Assembly (NCBI RefSeq): GCF_009914755.1
Contig: NC_060929.1
From: the human T2T-CHM13v2.0 reference genome, Homo sapiens
Strand: one strand, 5' to 3'
DNA length: 64,000 nucleotides
In this document: in pieces, positions 1 through 11,961 of the stretch
How positions within the stretch are numbered: position 1 is the stretch's first letter
Layout: every line of letters starts with the position of its first letter
The notes under the pieces: generated by a model
Told to the model about the DNA's origin: nothing
What the model saw: only the letters and a program-made list of their open reading frames with translations
The model's database searches: none
Translations under genes and position numbers: made by a program

Positions 1-63
1 CCTGCATATTGTGCACATGTACCCTATAACTTAAAGTATAATAATAATAATAATAATAATAAA
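1..63 (+). mobile_element. L1PA 3' end with (TAA)n tail, continuing left of window
   Basis: cctgcatattgtgcacatgtaccctataacttaaagtataataa... matches the primate L1 3' terminus. Confidence 0.85.
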
Positions 64-150
64 GCAAGTTTAGTCATGCTACTCCTCTGCCTAAACTCCT
101 TTAGCAACTCCCTTTTGCCTTCAGGATAAAATCTAAGCTCCTTAACATGG

Positions 151-567
151 TATATTGGTCTGTTCTCCCATTGCTAGAAAGAAATACTTGAGGCTGCATA
201 ATCTATAAAGAAAAGAGGTTTATTTGGCTCATGGTTCTGCAGGCTATACAGGAAGCATGATGCTGGCATCTGGTTGGCTTGTGGGGATGCCTCAGGAAAC
301 TTACAGTCTTGGTAGAAGGCAAAGGGGGAGTGAGATATCTCACATGGCAGGAGCAGGAGTAAGAGAAGGGGGAGGGAGGTGCCACACACTTAAATCTCAT
401 GAGAACTCACCCACTATCATGAGGACAGTACCAAAGGGACTGGTGCTAAACCATTCATAAGAAGCCACCTCTGTGATCTAGTCACCTCCCACCAAGTCCC
501 ACCTCCAACATTGTGAATTAGAATTTGACATGAGATTTGGGTGGGGACACAGATCCAAACCATATCC
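151..567 (+). mobile_element. MaLR solo LTR, MSTB-like
   Basis: tatattggtctgttctcccattgct...gggtggggacacagatccaaaccatatc; 5-bp TSD catgg at 146-150 and 568-572. Confidence 0.88.
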
Positions 568-644
568 CATGGCTTATACAGCCTTGATATCTGGGGCCTG
601 TTCATATCATTTCCCCACCATGCCTTTGGTTTCTCACATTTCCT

Positions 645-1074
645 ATAGGTAAGAAGTCTGGCACAGCGTGGCTGGATTCTCTTCTCAGGGTTTCACCAGG
701 CTAAAATCAGAGTATTGCCTTGGTATGTGCTCAGGGTCCTCTTTCAAGCTCATTGGTTGTTGGCAGGACTCAGATCCCTGTTTCCTTGACATGTGGCCCC
801 CTTCATCTTTAAGTCGATAGTGACATGTGAAACACTTATCATATCTCAAATTTCTCTGAGTTCCTCTTCCCTCACATTTCTGTGACTTTCTTGTCGGCAC
901 TGTAGCTCATGCAACTGCTTCAGCCCCACCTGCAATCCAAGATAATCTCCCTATTTTAAGGTCAGCTGACTAGTAACCATAATTACACCTGCCAAGTTCC
1001 TTTGACCATATAAGGTATTCATGGACATCACACTAGGGGGCAGAGGTCACAAGGATAAAAATTCGGCTTACCAC
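645..1074. mobile_element. MLT1 (MLT1D-like) LTR fragment
   Basis: ctcagggtttcaccaggctaaaatc...gataatctccctattttaaggtcagctgactagtaacc...cttaccaca. Confidence 0.65.
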
Positions 1075-1861
1075 AGTGCAGTACCCTCTGACTGAAATAC
1101 TCTTTCTTGCCCTCACCTCCTGCTCCTGCAACTGCTAACTTCTACTTTATCTGTTAGGTCTCTGATTTATTTTTGCCCCTCTTTTCTCCCTCATTGTCAA
1201 GTTTGGGTTAGGACCTTCTCAGTGCTCACGTATTACTCTGTATTTCCCCATTGTAGCACTTGTCGCTCTGTGTGCTGATCTGTATCCTTTCTGGGGACTG
1301 CCAAGTCTTTTAGAAGCTATGTTTATCTGGGCACATTTGTGTTTTCTCTGCTTAACTGAGTGTCTGCCATACATACAGTTGATATCCAATAAAAAAACCG
1401 TTGAATCAATGAATTCTTTGTATCCATGAAAGATGGAAGCATGATAACTAATATAAAATTCCAAGACTGTTACCCAGAGGAAGAACTGAGAAGCCAGTTT
1501 TCACTCAATATATACAGATTATTATTATTATTTAAATGAACTGGCCTGCTTTTGTAAGGTGGTGTACTCATTACTGGATTTTTTTAGGTGTAAGCCCAGG
1601 GATTGGGTGTCAGGGATATTATTTGGAGGGCAAAGTACATGAGCTCTGTTTTGTGACTCATTCTTCATAAGGGTTGCTACAAGAGCAATGGAGATGAGCT
1701 CACTTGCATTACCATACCTGTGGCTCCCAGGAGGGACTCACATGCTGTCATTACCAGCAGTGCCCCTGTCTTTCGCTATGGAATTACCCTAGGAAAGTTG
1801 GTAATGGCCCAGAACCATTGTGTAATTAGCCAGCATGGCATGTGTGTGTGGGTACACAGGT

Positions 1862-1888
1862 ACACACACACGCGCGCGCACACACACC
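1862..1888. repeat. (CA)n(CG)4(CA)n alternating purine-pyrimidine tract
   Basis: acacacacacgcgcgcgcacacacac. Confidence 0.9.
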
Positions 1889-2139
1889 TATTATAGAGGT
1901 TACTCTATTAATGACAGCTATGTAGGGGAGAAAGTTTTTAATGGACCAAATGTCTTTGTTCATATAGACCACACTTTTTGAGGTAATTGACTTCCTAGTA
2001 CCTTGTGCCAGTTACTGAGTCATAACTGAGTGGCAAGATTGGTGTAGAATTACAAGTCTTTAACTGTGTAGAAGCAACATTAGAAGCAAAAATACTATTA
2101 AGATAAATCAGTAAGAGAAGGATTATAATGAAGTATTTA

Positions 2140-2380
2140 AGAATAGTCTTTTTGGTTTCAAACCCCCAGCTCTACTACTTACAAACTGTGTGGCCTTGGA
2201 CAAGGTCCTTAAGTTTCTGTACCTCAGTTTCTCAAACTATAAAATGGAGATGATAATAATGGAACCTAACTTACAGAGTGATTGTGAGGACTAAATAGGC
2301 AAGATAGGAAAGCATATAGTGCCTAGGATATGATAAGCGTTGTGTAAGGGTTAGCTGCTGTTATTATTATCATTATTCAT
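2140..2380 (+). mobile_element. MIR SINE
   Basis: ggtttcaaaccccagctctactacttac...ctgtgtggccttggacaag...ctcagtttctc...taaaatggagatgataat MIR core. Confidence 0.8.
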
Positions 2381-2851
2381 TCCACAGGCACATTAAGACC
2401 TCCAACCATGTGCAGAGTGTATGGCATATCCTAGGAATACAATAAATATTTTGGGGTAAATAAATAATGTGCTCATTTGTAATTTTGATTTATATTTGCT
2501 CTTTCAGATAAATACTGGAAATTGTCCCAATAACTTTATAAGCATAATATGAAGAAGTAAATAAGAAGAAGTTATTGTAGTCTTGTCTTGTATAGAGCTT
2601 GCTAGGGCAATCTGGAAAAATGTCTCCTGCTAGGACTTACCTTCTCTGTTCTTTATTAAAGCAAATGGATATTTTTAAAAGCCATTTGGTTTTTCTTTTT
2701 TTTAGAAAGCAAATTATAATCATGTGAAATTAGTACTTTGCTTATAGGTGTGTATTATTTTCATCGTAATAAAGTGAAATGTTCTTGCCACAAAACTGTT
2801 CTCTTCTGAATTGAGGTGAGATATTAACACTTTGTTTGTCTTTGTGAATAG

Positions 2852-2951
2852 GTTCATCCTAAGTTCCACTATAAACAGGCTCATGACTCGGGCACAGACA
2901 CTTCTTGCGTGACTTTTTCCTATGATGGTAATGTCCTTGCCTCTCGTGGAG
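2852..2951 (+). CDS. WDR70: WDR70 coding exon (first in window; 8th from last), WD40 repeat region
   Basis: tttgtgaatag|GTT...GGA G|gtaggt; 100 nt; translates VHPKFHYKQAHDSGTDTSCVTFSYDGNVLASRG(G); phase matches next exon. Confidence 0.96.
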
Positions 2952-3616
2952 GTAGGTTAAAAGCTTTCTTTTTGATGTATTTCTCTATATAAAATAATCA
3001 TCTTTAACAAATATGACAATAATATCCTAGTGCTTAGTAAAGCTTGCTTTGATTTTTGTTAATGCACCTTTGCCAGTCTGATTTCTTCATTAAAATACAT
3101 TTCTAACTTTGCAACATTGTTTGTATTAAAAATTACCAAGTAAAATGTTTAAATATTTACTTTTTTTTGGCCTAAGTTTTTCATTTAGATTCAAATTCCA
3201 TAAGAGTTTGAAGCCTCCACAAATGATCCTTGCTTCTGCCTTGGGAAGTTTATAGATGATCACCTATATTCTTTCTATACCATTTTATAATTCTGTGTCT
3301 GGTACTTCAAAGTCTTCTATTTGTTGCTTGACCATTGCTTTTTTTTCTCTGCCAGTTCAAATACTAACCCAATTTAGTTTTTTTAAAAAAGTCTATATCT
3401 AGATGAGATTTTTAAAAACAGTTCTATATGATCATATTGTAAGTTTACTTATCCACATTTGTATGGTTGGATATAGCTTCCTAATTTTTTTGCTAAATCT
3501 TTATCACATAGATAGGTTGTGTATTGGTAGAAGGAGATGGAGAATAGTGAAGGCAGCATTATGGGAGAGTATGGGACATAGCTGAAGATTTTCCTACAGA
3601 CCTATTTGTGGGGAGA

Positions 3617-3738
3617 GAAAAGAAATAGCATGGTAAGTAGTTTGGAGCCATGTTACAGAGGGTCTTAAATATCACATAAGGAAAAGAAATACTAATAGCA
3701 TGGTTAAGTAGATGGGAACTATGCTACAGAGGGCCTTT
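3617..3738. repeat. Old degenerate tandem duplication (~60 bp unit)
   Basis: gaaaagaaatagcatggtaagtagtttggagccatgttacagagggtctt vs gaaaagaaatactaatagcatggttaagtagatgggaactatgctacagagggcctt. Confidence 0.75.
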
Positions 3739-3769
3739 AGGCAGGTGAATCTAACAGTGCTATATTTAG

Positions 3770-3900
3770 CTATTCATTCAGTCACTCGACTACTGTATAT
3801 TGAGCATCTACTATGAGCTAACATTATGCTAGGTGCTGGGTGTAAACCTTAAACATCATAGACAGAATCCTTTTCCTGAAAGACTTTACAACCCAGTGTA
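3770..3900 (-). mobile_element. L2 3' end fragment
   Basis: ttcattca...tattgagcatctactatgagctaacattatgctaggtgctggg. Confidence 0.65.
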
Positions 3901-4526
3901 TAGGATAGTGGAAATGAAGAGAGAGGCAAGAGATGTGGCACAGCTTTCCCCTCAATTTAACTAGTCCCTGTCCTTTTACCCTGGGGAACTCATTCAGATT
4001 CTCTTTAAGGAAACTTTACTGTTGTATCTAAACTACTCTCATTTGTATAACTTTAAAAAATCAAAGCACATGTACATGTAATTCTCTATTTATGATACAC
4101 ATGGCAAATGTGGATATGTATAAAATATGTATTTTGGTCCATCAATTCTAACCTGCTACTTGAGTTCAGAGATGATTCCCAATTAAAATTCTATATATTC
4201 TTTATTTAAAACAATGGTTCTCATCCCAGTAGTGTATCTGAATCCCCTGGGAAAGTTTTCAAATGATAATTGCTCCACTTAGGAATTCTTACATCCACTC
4301 TTGCATCTTTGGGATGGTATATCCAAGTCTCTGAGGTGGAGTTAGGGGAGAAGAGGGGAAAAAGGGAGAGTGTAGCTTGAAAATTCTTCACAGGTGATAA
4401 AATAGGTGAGCCCAAAATTACTCAACTGAGTAATTACCCAGTTGATATTTGCTCCCTTAGAAGTATAAAACTAAGTCTATTTCAGTCAAAGCCATTTTGG
4501 TGATAATTCTTACTTTCCTTTCCATC

Positions 4527-4611
4527 ATACACACACACACACACACACACACAGTGTGTGTGTGTGTATATATATGTATGTGTGTATATATATACACACA
4601 CACACACACAC
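4527..4611. repeat. Compound inverted microsatellite (CA)n-(TG)n-(TA)n-(CA)n
   Basis: acacacacac...agtgtgtgtgtgtgtatatatatgtatgtgtgtatatatatacacacacacac. Confidence 0.92.
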
Positions 4612-4837
4612 TAGCTTTTGGATAACTTAATTGGTCAATACCACATGTATGCTGTATTCCATCGTTTTCCTTCCTGGATGTATACAATATGGCAGATGGA
4701 AGTCTATTCAGCAAAGAATCCTCAGGGTGTTACAAGGTGCTTCTGCTAGCTGCATAACCCGCTGGATTAGATGGAATTAATACAGGTTAATGTTTTCTTA
4801 TTGTTTGAAGATTGTGGAGATATGTAACCTTTTTTTA

Positions 4838-5172
<335 letters not shown>

Positions 5173-5515
5173 AGACTAAAAGCAATAAAGTAACATTCCA
5201 AAGGTGAGCCTTACAAAGTTCTCCCAGTACAAGCAGGTCCTGAGTCCAGCCAATTGTGGATTAGTGCACCTGCCAAAAGTTGGGTTTCAGAGGAAGCTTC
5301 GCTGTAAAAATGGGGATTTTTACTGAACTCTTTACTCTCCTCACTTGCACCTGATTCTCATTCCTTATTGGACCCAAGGGGTTGAGGCAGGTCTCAGCTG
5401 TGGGCACTGGGGAGAAAGAACAGCGAAAACATTATGTATATAAGTTTGGCTTTTCTGTTCAGGAATTCGTCCTATAGAAATATTAAAAAGGGATTTTTAA
5501 AAATTTATTTTTAAG

Positions 5516-5622
5516 ATACATATGGAATACTTCACAAATTTGCATGTCATGCTTGTGCAGGGGCTATGCTAATCTTCTCTGTATCGTTCCAGTCTTAGTA
5601 TATGTGCTGCCAAAGCGAACAC
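5516..5622 (-). pseudogene. Retroposed full-length U6 snRNA pseudogene
   Basis: Reverse complement matches the 107-nt U6 with about 13 mismatches by my count, about half at CpG; ACAGAGA box intact; decayed A-tail at about 5496-5515; TSD aaaaagggatt (5485-5495) / aaaaagtgatt (5623-5633). Confidence 0.95.
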
Positions 5623-6242
5623 AAAAAGTGATTCCTTAAAAATACTCATTATTCTTTAAATAGCTTGGCAAAGCTGTACTCCCCAGCAAAGTGAAGAATG
5701 ATAGCTGTAGGTAGAATTACACTGGAGAGAAGGGAATCACATGGCTCACCCTTATTAATGTTAATGGATAGCTTTACCCATACACCAGTGGGAAAAGGAA
5801 TCTGTTGTGGATTGAACTGTTTTCAGTCCTGATAGTTGTTAAATTAAACTCTTCTCAAGAAGTAACGTATGCTCAAATACACCACGGGGGAACTACCATC
5901 TGCTCTAATATCATACTTCAGAGTAGATTCTCCAGGGTTCCTTCTAGCTTGCAGATGCTACATCTATCTGGAAAGTAATTTCCAGAAGCCCAATTCATTA
6001 TCAAATAGCTTTCAACTGCTCTTGCGACTACCGCTTTTTAAGCTCTCTGAACGGTTAAAAAAGTAAAACATGCTTGTGTGAATCTAGCTTCTTTCTTCCT
6101 TTCTTTCTTCTCTCTTTCTCCCCTTCCCCTTCCCTTTCTTCTTTACAGTTATACATTAAGTTTAGCAGACTCTAAACTGGGAGCGAGTTCTTTTTGCACA
6201 ATTCACTTTTCTGTCTTTTTTTTCCCCTCATTCCTCTGTCAG

Positions 6243-6327
6243 GTGACGATTCATTAAAATTATGGGACATCCGACAATTTAATAAACCACTTTTTTCAGC
6301 CTCGGGTCTTCCCACCATGTTCCCAAT
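6243..6327 (+). CDS. WDR70: WDR70 coding exon, WD40 repeat (LKLWD)
   Basis: ctgtcag|GT GAC GAT...CCA AT|gtaagt; 85 nt; (G)DDSLKLWDIRQFNKPLFSASGLPTMFP(M). Confidence 0.96.
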
Positions 6328-6692
6328 GTAAGTAGCATATTTTAAATATTTGATCAGCATAGAAGAATGGAAAAGAAGTACTTTTACTTTAATGTTAATT
6401 TATATCATACGTCTTTTAGATCTTCTGGAAAAGAGACTTGAGAGAGTGATCAAAATCTGTTTTTTGAAAAATATGTATTTTTTTTATTTTTCACATTCCT
6501 CAGACTTCAAGAACTTTTTTGAAGTTAAAATTATGTATTTGATTTATTCATGTGTTTGTGTGTATTGTATGCACGCACAAGTCTTGGAGTATTAAAATAT
6601 ATTTTAAGAGATTCAGTTGTTCTTTTAATATTGTATAAATGACAAGGTAGGCCTTTTAAAATTTGTGGTTTTTAAAAATTTGAGCTCTAGTC

Positions 6693-7053
<361 letters not shown>

Positions 7054-7408
7054 TCATTTTTTAAATCATTCAAATCAATAATTCAGCATCCTTCACTTGT
7101 TCAGACTGTCTTGCTGTGGGTAGCTGAACGCTGTTATCTCCAATCTACTAAATTGGCACCTGAAACTTTTAAAGGTTTTTTTGAAGCAGCTGAGGCAAAA
7201 CTTGACCTCTAAGTCCTATAGTTGGTGCTTAGGCAAATTGTTCTATTTTGGTAGAAATGAAATAATGGTCAACAGAGAAGAGCATGAAGATAATGGAAGT
7301 GTCAAGGGAAGGAAGCTGTATGAAAGCTGTATGATAATGCAGTACTAACTCTAACATGTCTGCTGCCCATGGCATTTTATGTTAAAACAAACAAACATGA
7401 GTTTATAG

Positions 7409-7526
7409 CTGATGATAATTTTTTGAGCTATTATACCTGCTACAAGTAATGCTAACTATATAACTTCTGATGGTAATTTTTTGAGCTATTATACCTGCTG
7501 CAAGTAATGCTAACTATATAACTTCT
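7409..7526. repeat. 58-bp tandem duplication (2 copies, 2 mismatches)
   Basis: ctgatgataattttttgagctattatacctgctacaagtaatgctaactatataactt at 7409 and ctgatggtaattttttgagctattatacctgctgcaagtaatgctaactatataactt at 7467. Confidence 0.95.
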
Positions 7527-7824
7527 TTGGGTCATGTCTTAGATTAGTCACAATCAGATGGCCAGACTGCTAACAACAAAAGCCTTGGAATCATAGCCAT
7601 CAATTAGGTTCCAGCAATGCAACCTGTGGCTCATTTCATGGTGCTCAACTTGATATAACTCAAATTATTTGGGGGTGATGGTAGTGGTGTTAGTGAAAAT
7701 AGTTTTTAAAATGGCCAAAATAATCATTACTTAGACATTAGTCAAATATATATCTGTCCGTAGACACTCTTAATGTCTATATTGAGTTTTTTTATACTTC
7801 CTTTACATTAAAAAAATTACAATG

Positions 7825-8040
7825 TAGAAGTTAAAAAGCACAGATTCTGGAGTCTGACTGCCTAAGTTTGAATCCCAGCTGTGCTACTTACTTTTGTTGC
7901 CGTGTGCAAGGTGTAATTAAATTATTTTCTTCAGTTCCCTCATCAGTAAAATGTGGATAATAACTACCACATAGGATTATTGTGATGATTAAACAAATTA
8001 ATATAAGTGCTTGACTCATAAGCCCTATATAGGAGTTACA
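7825..8040 (+). mobile_element. MIR SINE
   Basis: gttaaaaagcacagattctggagtctgactgcctaagtttgaatcccagc...cagttccctcatcagtaaaatg. Confidence 0.8.
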
Positions 8041-8130
8041 GAGATGTTTATATTTTATTTAATTCACTAATGATTGCTGGACTGTTGTGGAGGTCATAAG
8101 CTTATACTCGTAAACTCTTTTTTTCTGTAG

Positions 8131-8269
8131 GACTGACTGCTGTTTCAGTCCAGATGATAAGCTCATAGTCACTGGTACATCTATTCAAAGAGGATGTGGC
8201 AGCGGCAAACTTGTTTTCTTTGAGCGTAGGACTTTCCAAAGGGTGTATGAAATAGACATCACAGATGCG
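8131..8269 (+). CDS. WDR70: WDR70 coding exon
   Basis: ttttctgtag|G ACT GAC...GAT GCG|gtacgt; 139 nt; TDCCFSPDDKLIVTGTSIQRGCGSGKLVFFERRTFQRVYEIDITDA. Confidence 0.96.
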
Positions 8270-9739
8270 GTACGTATATTCTTTTCTCCTCAGCCTTGAG
8301 AATACATAAAGTTTGCCTCTTACCCATCTTTTGGTTTTGTTTGTTAAGTAGAATATAAGCCCTGGCCCTTAGAGCACGGTGATAGCTGCTTTTCACTCTA
8401 GCGTAGGAGTTATCAGTATGTTGTGGATGGCTGAGCTACCCTATCCCTTTCCACAACCCAATATTTCCTATGGACCTACACTTTAGTAGGAATTTCAGCT
8501 GGGTTTCCCTCTCTGCCAAACAAATTGAGGAGTGAGGAAGATGATCATCATGTAGGATACAGAAAGGAGCATCCCACAATGGGCATGTTTGTGAGGATCT
8601 AAGGATTGTCGACAGAAGTGAAAGATTAATAAGTGACGAAGTTTAACATTGTTCCCGAAACCATGAAAACTTTGACAGAACTCTGCTTGTGTGGGTTGTA
8701 GTCATTAAAGTCAGGCTCAGCTTGCGCTGAACTTAATTGCTATTTAATTATTTGGAAGTTTAAAGCATTTCAGATTTAACTTCAACACCTTAAAAAAACA
8801 CATTAGTTTTCTTTACAGATTTATATGAACACTAAAACACCAGCATTCACTGATGCATTCATTCATTTGTTCATGTCCTGAGACTGAGACTGGAGCCACA
8901 TGTAATACAATAAGAATGAAAATTCCCAGAGGAAAATTTGAATTCCTTTAAGCTGTATATTATTATTTACATGGTAAAGCAAATCATTGTAATTTTCTGA
9001 GTATGAAACAGGCCAATTAATGTCTGTGTAAATTTTCTTTGGCTCATTGTCAAATCTTTTAGTAATATCCTATATCTTAAACAGTGCTCTTATGTAGGTT
9101 TTTCCAGTTGTTTCAGCTCTTTGTAAACAGTTGAGACATATTATGCACTTACGTGACTCAGACAATTGAACAACTGTTTTTAAATTACCAGCAAAAAACT
9201 CCTGTCTCTAATGTTCTAGTATTACTATGAAGTCTTAATTTGCGGGTTCTGAATGTAAAACCACGGTATAGAGTATTATAGGAAAAGTGAAATAAAAATG
9301 AGATTAATTCTAGATGAGTACTTATGTTTAATAGATTCTAATCTCATGACGTAATTTGAAATGTGCCAGCACTCACAGTGCTTTTTCTGGGTGCATTAGG
9401 AGCCAACTAAAACACTAGAATCAAAGAAAACAATTGAATCTATCAACTTTCATCTCAGAAAGTAAAATTATTGTAATTGGTTGTTCCAGAAATAAGCTGT
9501 GTTCTACTATGCCTCTAAATGACTATACATTTCAGTATCACACTTGATGTATTTTTAAATTGTAGCTTAAGTTGAACTGTAAATAAATTAAGGGATGTAG
9601 ACATATGATTGCACTTTTAAAGACATGCTGGGCTTCTGTAGTTTATAGGAAGAACATACTGTTTGCTGGAAAAATCAGTGTCTCATAATGTGATACATTT
9701 TTGTTCTCTGTGTTACTTTTATAGGTAGATCTTTTTCTC

Positions 9740-10600
9740 CGTGGTACTTACCACTGCCTCATATATTGTATATTTGTTTGGTTTCGTCTGTCTTCTTCTA
9801 CCAGGATGTAAGTCACACAGGGCGGAAACTTTTTGTTCACTGCAGTATCCTCGATGCTTTCAACAGTGCCTGGCACATAAATAGCTCTTAATATTAATTG
9901 AATGAGTGAGAGATATACTTGGGAAGTGCAAGTAAGGCATATTGTAGATCATGTGTAAATCTTCGGTTAGGTGTGTCTTTGGAGAGTGAGGCAGGAGAGA
10001 GATACCTAGAGTTAGAAAGGTAAAACTGGTCTTGTATACAATTAGAAGATGACTATCTTGTGTCTTTTTTTTTTTTAAAGCAGAGGAAGACACATTCAGA
10101 TCTAAGTTTTGAAATGGTTAATTCTTGTTGAAATACAAGGTTTAGTTATATAAGATTTGGTGAGTCTGTGTAGATGAAGCCAGAAATTTATAATTTGGGA
10201 GACTGGGTGAATGTTCATTGATGTAAAAATACATAGAGATAAAATAAAGCAGATTTTGGAAGAAAGACAGTGAATTCTGTTCTTGATATGTTGAGCTTGA
10301 AATACCTATAGGACTTCTGTGTAGAGATACTCAGTATGCAGATGGTTTAATAAGTTTGGTGCATAAGAGAAAGAAGAGACAGTTTTGGTAAAAACATTTA
10401 TAGTGCATAGTTGAAATGTTGATTGCTGATGAGTTTGATTAAGGTAAGGGAATAAAGGATAGAAAAATGAGCCCTAAGAAATGTCATCATTTAAGAGACG
10501 AGCAAATGAAACTAAGAAAGGAGAAATTTCATTAAATAAATAGAGCATACAATATTGAATCATCTGAGAAAAGCTGGAAGACAAATTATGAGATCCATTG
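9740..10600. mobile_element. L2 fragments
   Basis: ttgttcactgcagtatcc...aacagtgcctggcacataaatagctcttaatattaattgaatgagtga, then tgaattctgttcttgatatgttgagcttgaaatacct in the opposite orientation. Confidence 0.6.
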
Positions 10601-11543
10601 TAATAGATGGATGAAGAGAGAACTTCAAATAGGAACAAAACCACACACCCCAAAGAGTCCTATTAAATTGTTGATTTAGTGAGGGTGAAGGCTTGTTGTT
10701 ATTGTTAACATCAAACAGCATCATTTTTCTGTTTATATATTAGAATGCTATGTTAAATAAATGGGGCTTTTAACAGTCCGTTTGACCTATTGTCCCAAGT
10801 TTTACGTCTTCTTGGAATGTAAAAAAAAAAAAATACATTTCTTGGAATGAATAAAAGGTGGACACTTTGCTAGAAGAGCCAAAAGACACCTCTTTTATAA
10901 TTTTGTGTTGGAAATACCACACTCCAAGGTAGTAAGGAACTTAACTGTGTTGAGTTTTAATTTGCATAAAAGGCAGCATCTCAGATTCTTAATATCAGCA
11001 GTTAGTAGTGTACTTGTTTGACTAAGGCACAGACAGTGATGGCATTATGTCTATCCTAGATGTGTTCATTTACTGGACACATATAATTGGTTACGCTCTT
11101 CCCACACCCTCTTCTAAAACAGAATAAACCCCTACATGCTTATATTCTAGGACACCAGGCTCAGTATACATATGTGGAGCCAAACATTGTTTTCAGTCAG
11201 AAGATGTTAACAATCTATGCAGTTATTCCTTTTAACTAAAAACTATCTTCACAAAAACATAGCTTCTTAAAAATATAGCAAGGGCATTTTCTATAATTAT
11301 TTTTGAAACAAAGTTTTTTAAAAACCCAAAACTTGTTTTAATTCTGTTCTCTGCATTGTCATATTCTTTGAAAAATTTCCTTTCTCTGTTCATTGTAGAT
11401 TCTCAAGTCTGTTTGCTAGGAGATGGTGTATGTTTCTTTAACATTTGCTATTTCACCATACGATGTTTGCACGCATTTTACAATTCTGCTAAAATTTTTA
11501 GACATTCCCTTGTAGTCTAATTGCATTTCCTCAAATTATACAC

Positions 11544-11896
11544 TGAAATGATTTGTTTATGTCCCCACCCAAATCTCATCTTGAATTGTAGCTCCTCATA
11601 TGTTGTGGGAAGGACCTGGTGGGATGTATTTGAATCATGGGGGCGGGTCTTTTCCGTGCTGTTCTTGTGATAGTGAATACGTCTCATGAGATCTGATGGT
11701 TTTATAAATGGGAGTTCCCCTGCACCTGCTCTCTTGCCTGCCACCATGTAAGACGTGCCTTTGCCCCTCCTTCACCTTCCACCATGATTGTAAGGCCTCC
11801 CCAGCCATGTGGAACTGCGAGTCAATTAAACCTCTTTCCTTTATAAATATCTCAGTCTAGGGTATATGTTTATTAGCAGTGTGAGAACAGAGTAAT

Positions 11897-11899
<3 letters not shown>
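11544..11899 (-). mobile_element. THE1 (C/D-like) solo LTR
   Basis: tgaaatgatttgtttatgtccccacccaaatctcatcttgaattgtag...gtgagaacagagtaataca; flanks tacac / cacac. Confidence 0.9.
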
Positions 11900-11931
<32 letters not shown>

Positions 11932-11961
11932 CAGACTCACACTCACACTCTCTCTCTCTCT
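11896..11961. repeat. (CA)n followed by (CT)n microsatellite
   Basis: tacacacacac...gcacacacagactcacactcacactctctctctctct. Confidence 0.9.

Noticed and set aside
5516-5622. Functional U6 gene or U6-L1 chimera
   Set aside because: About 12% divergence, a TSD and an A-tail indicate retroposition. I saw no recognisable PSE/TATA upstream, and no L1 sequence lies between U6 and the tail.
10810-10850. tcttggaatg-t-A12-tacatt-tcttggaatg as a solo poly(A) retro-insertion
   Set aside because: The direct repeat does not abut the A-run as a TSD should and lacks an L1 endonuclease-type site, so a small local duplication is more likely.
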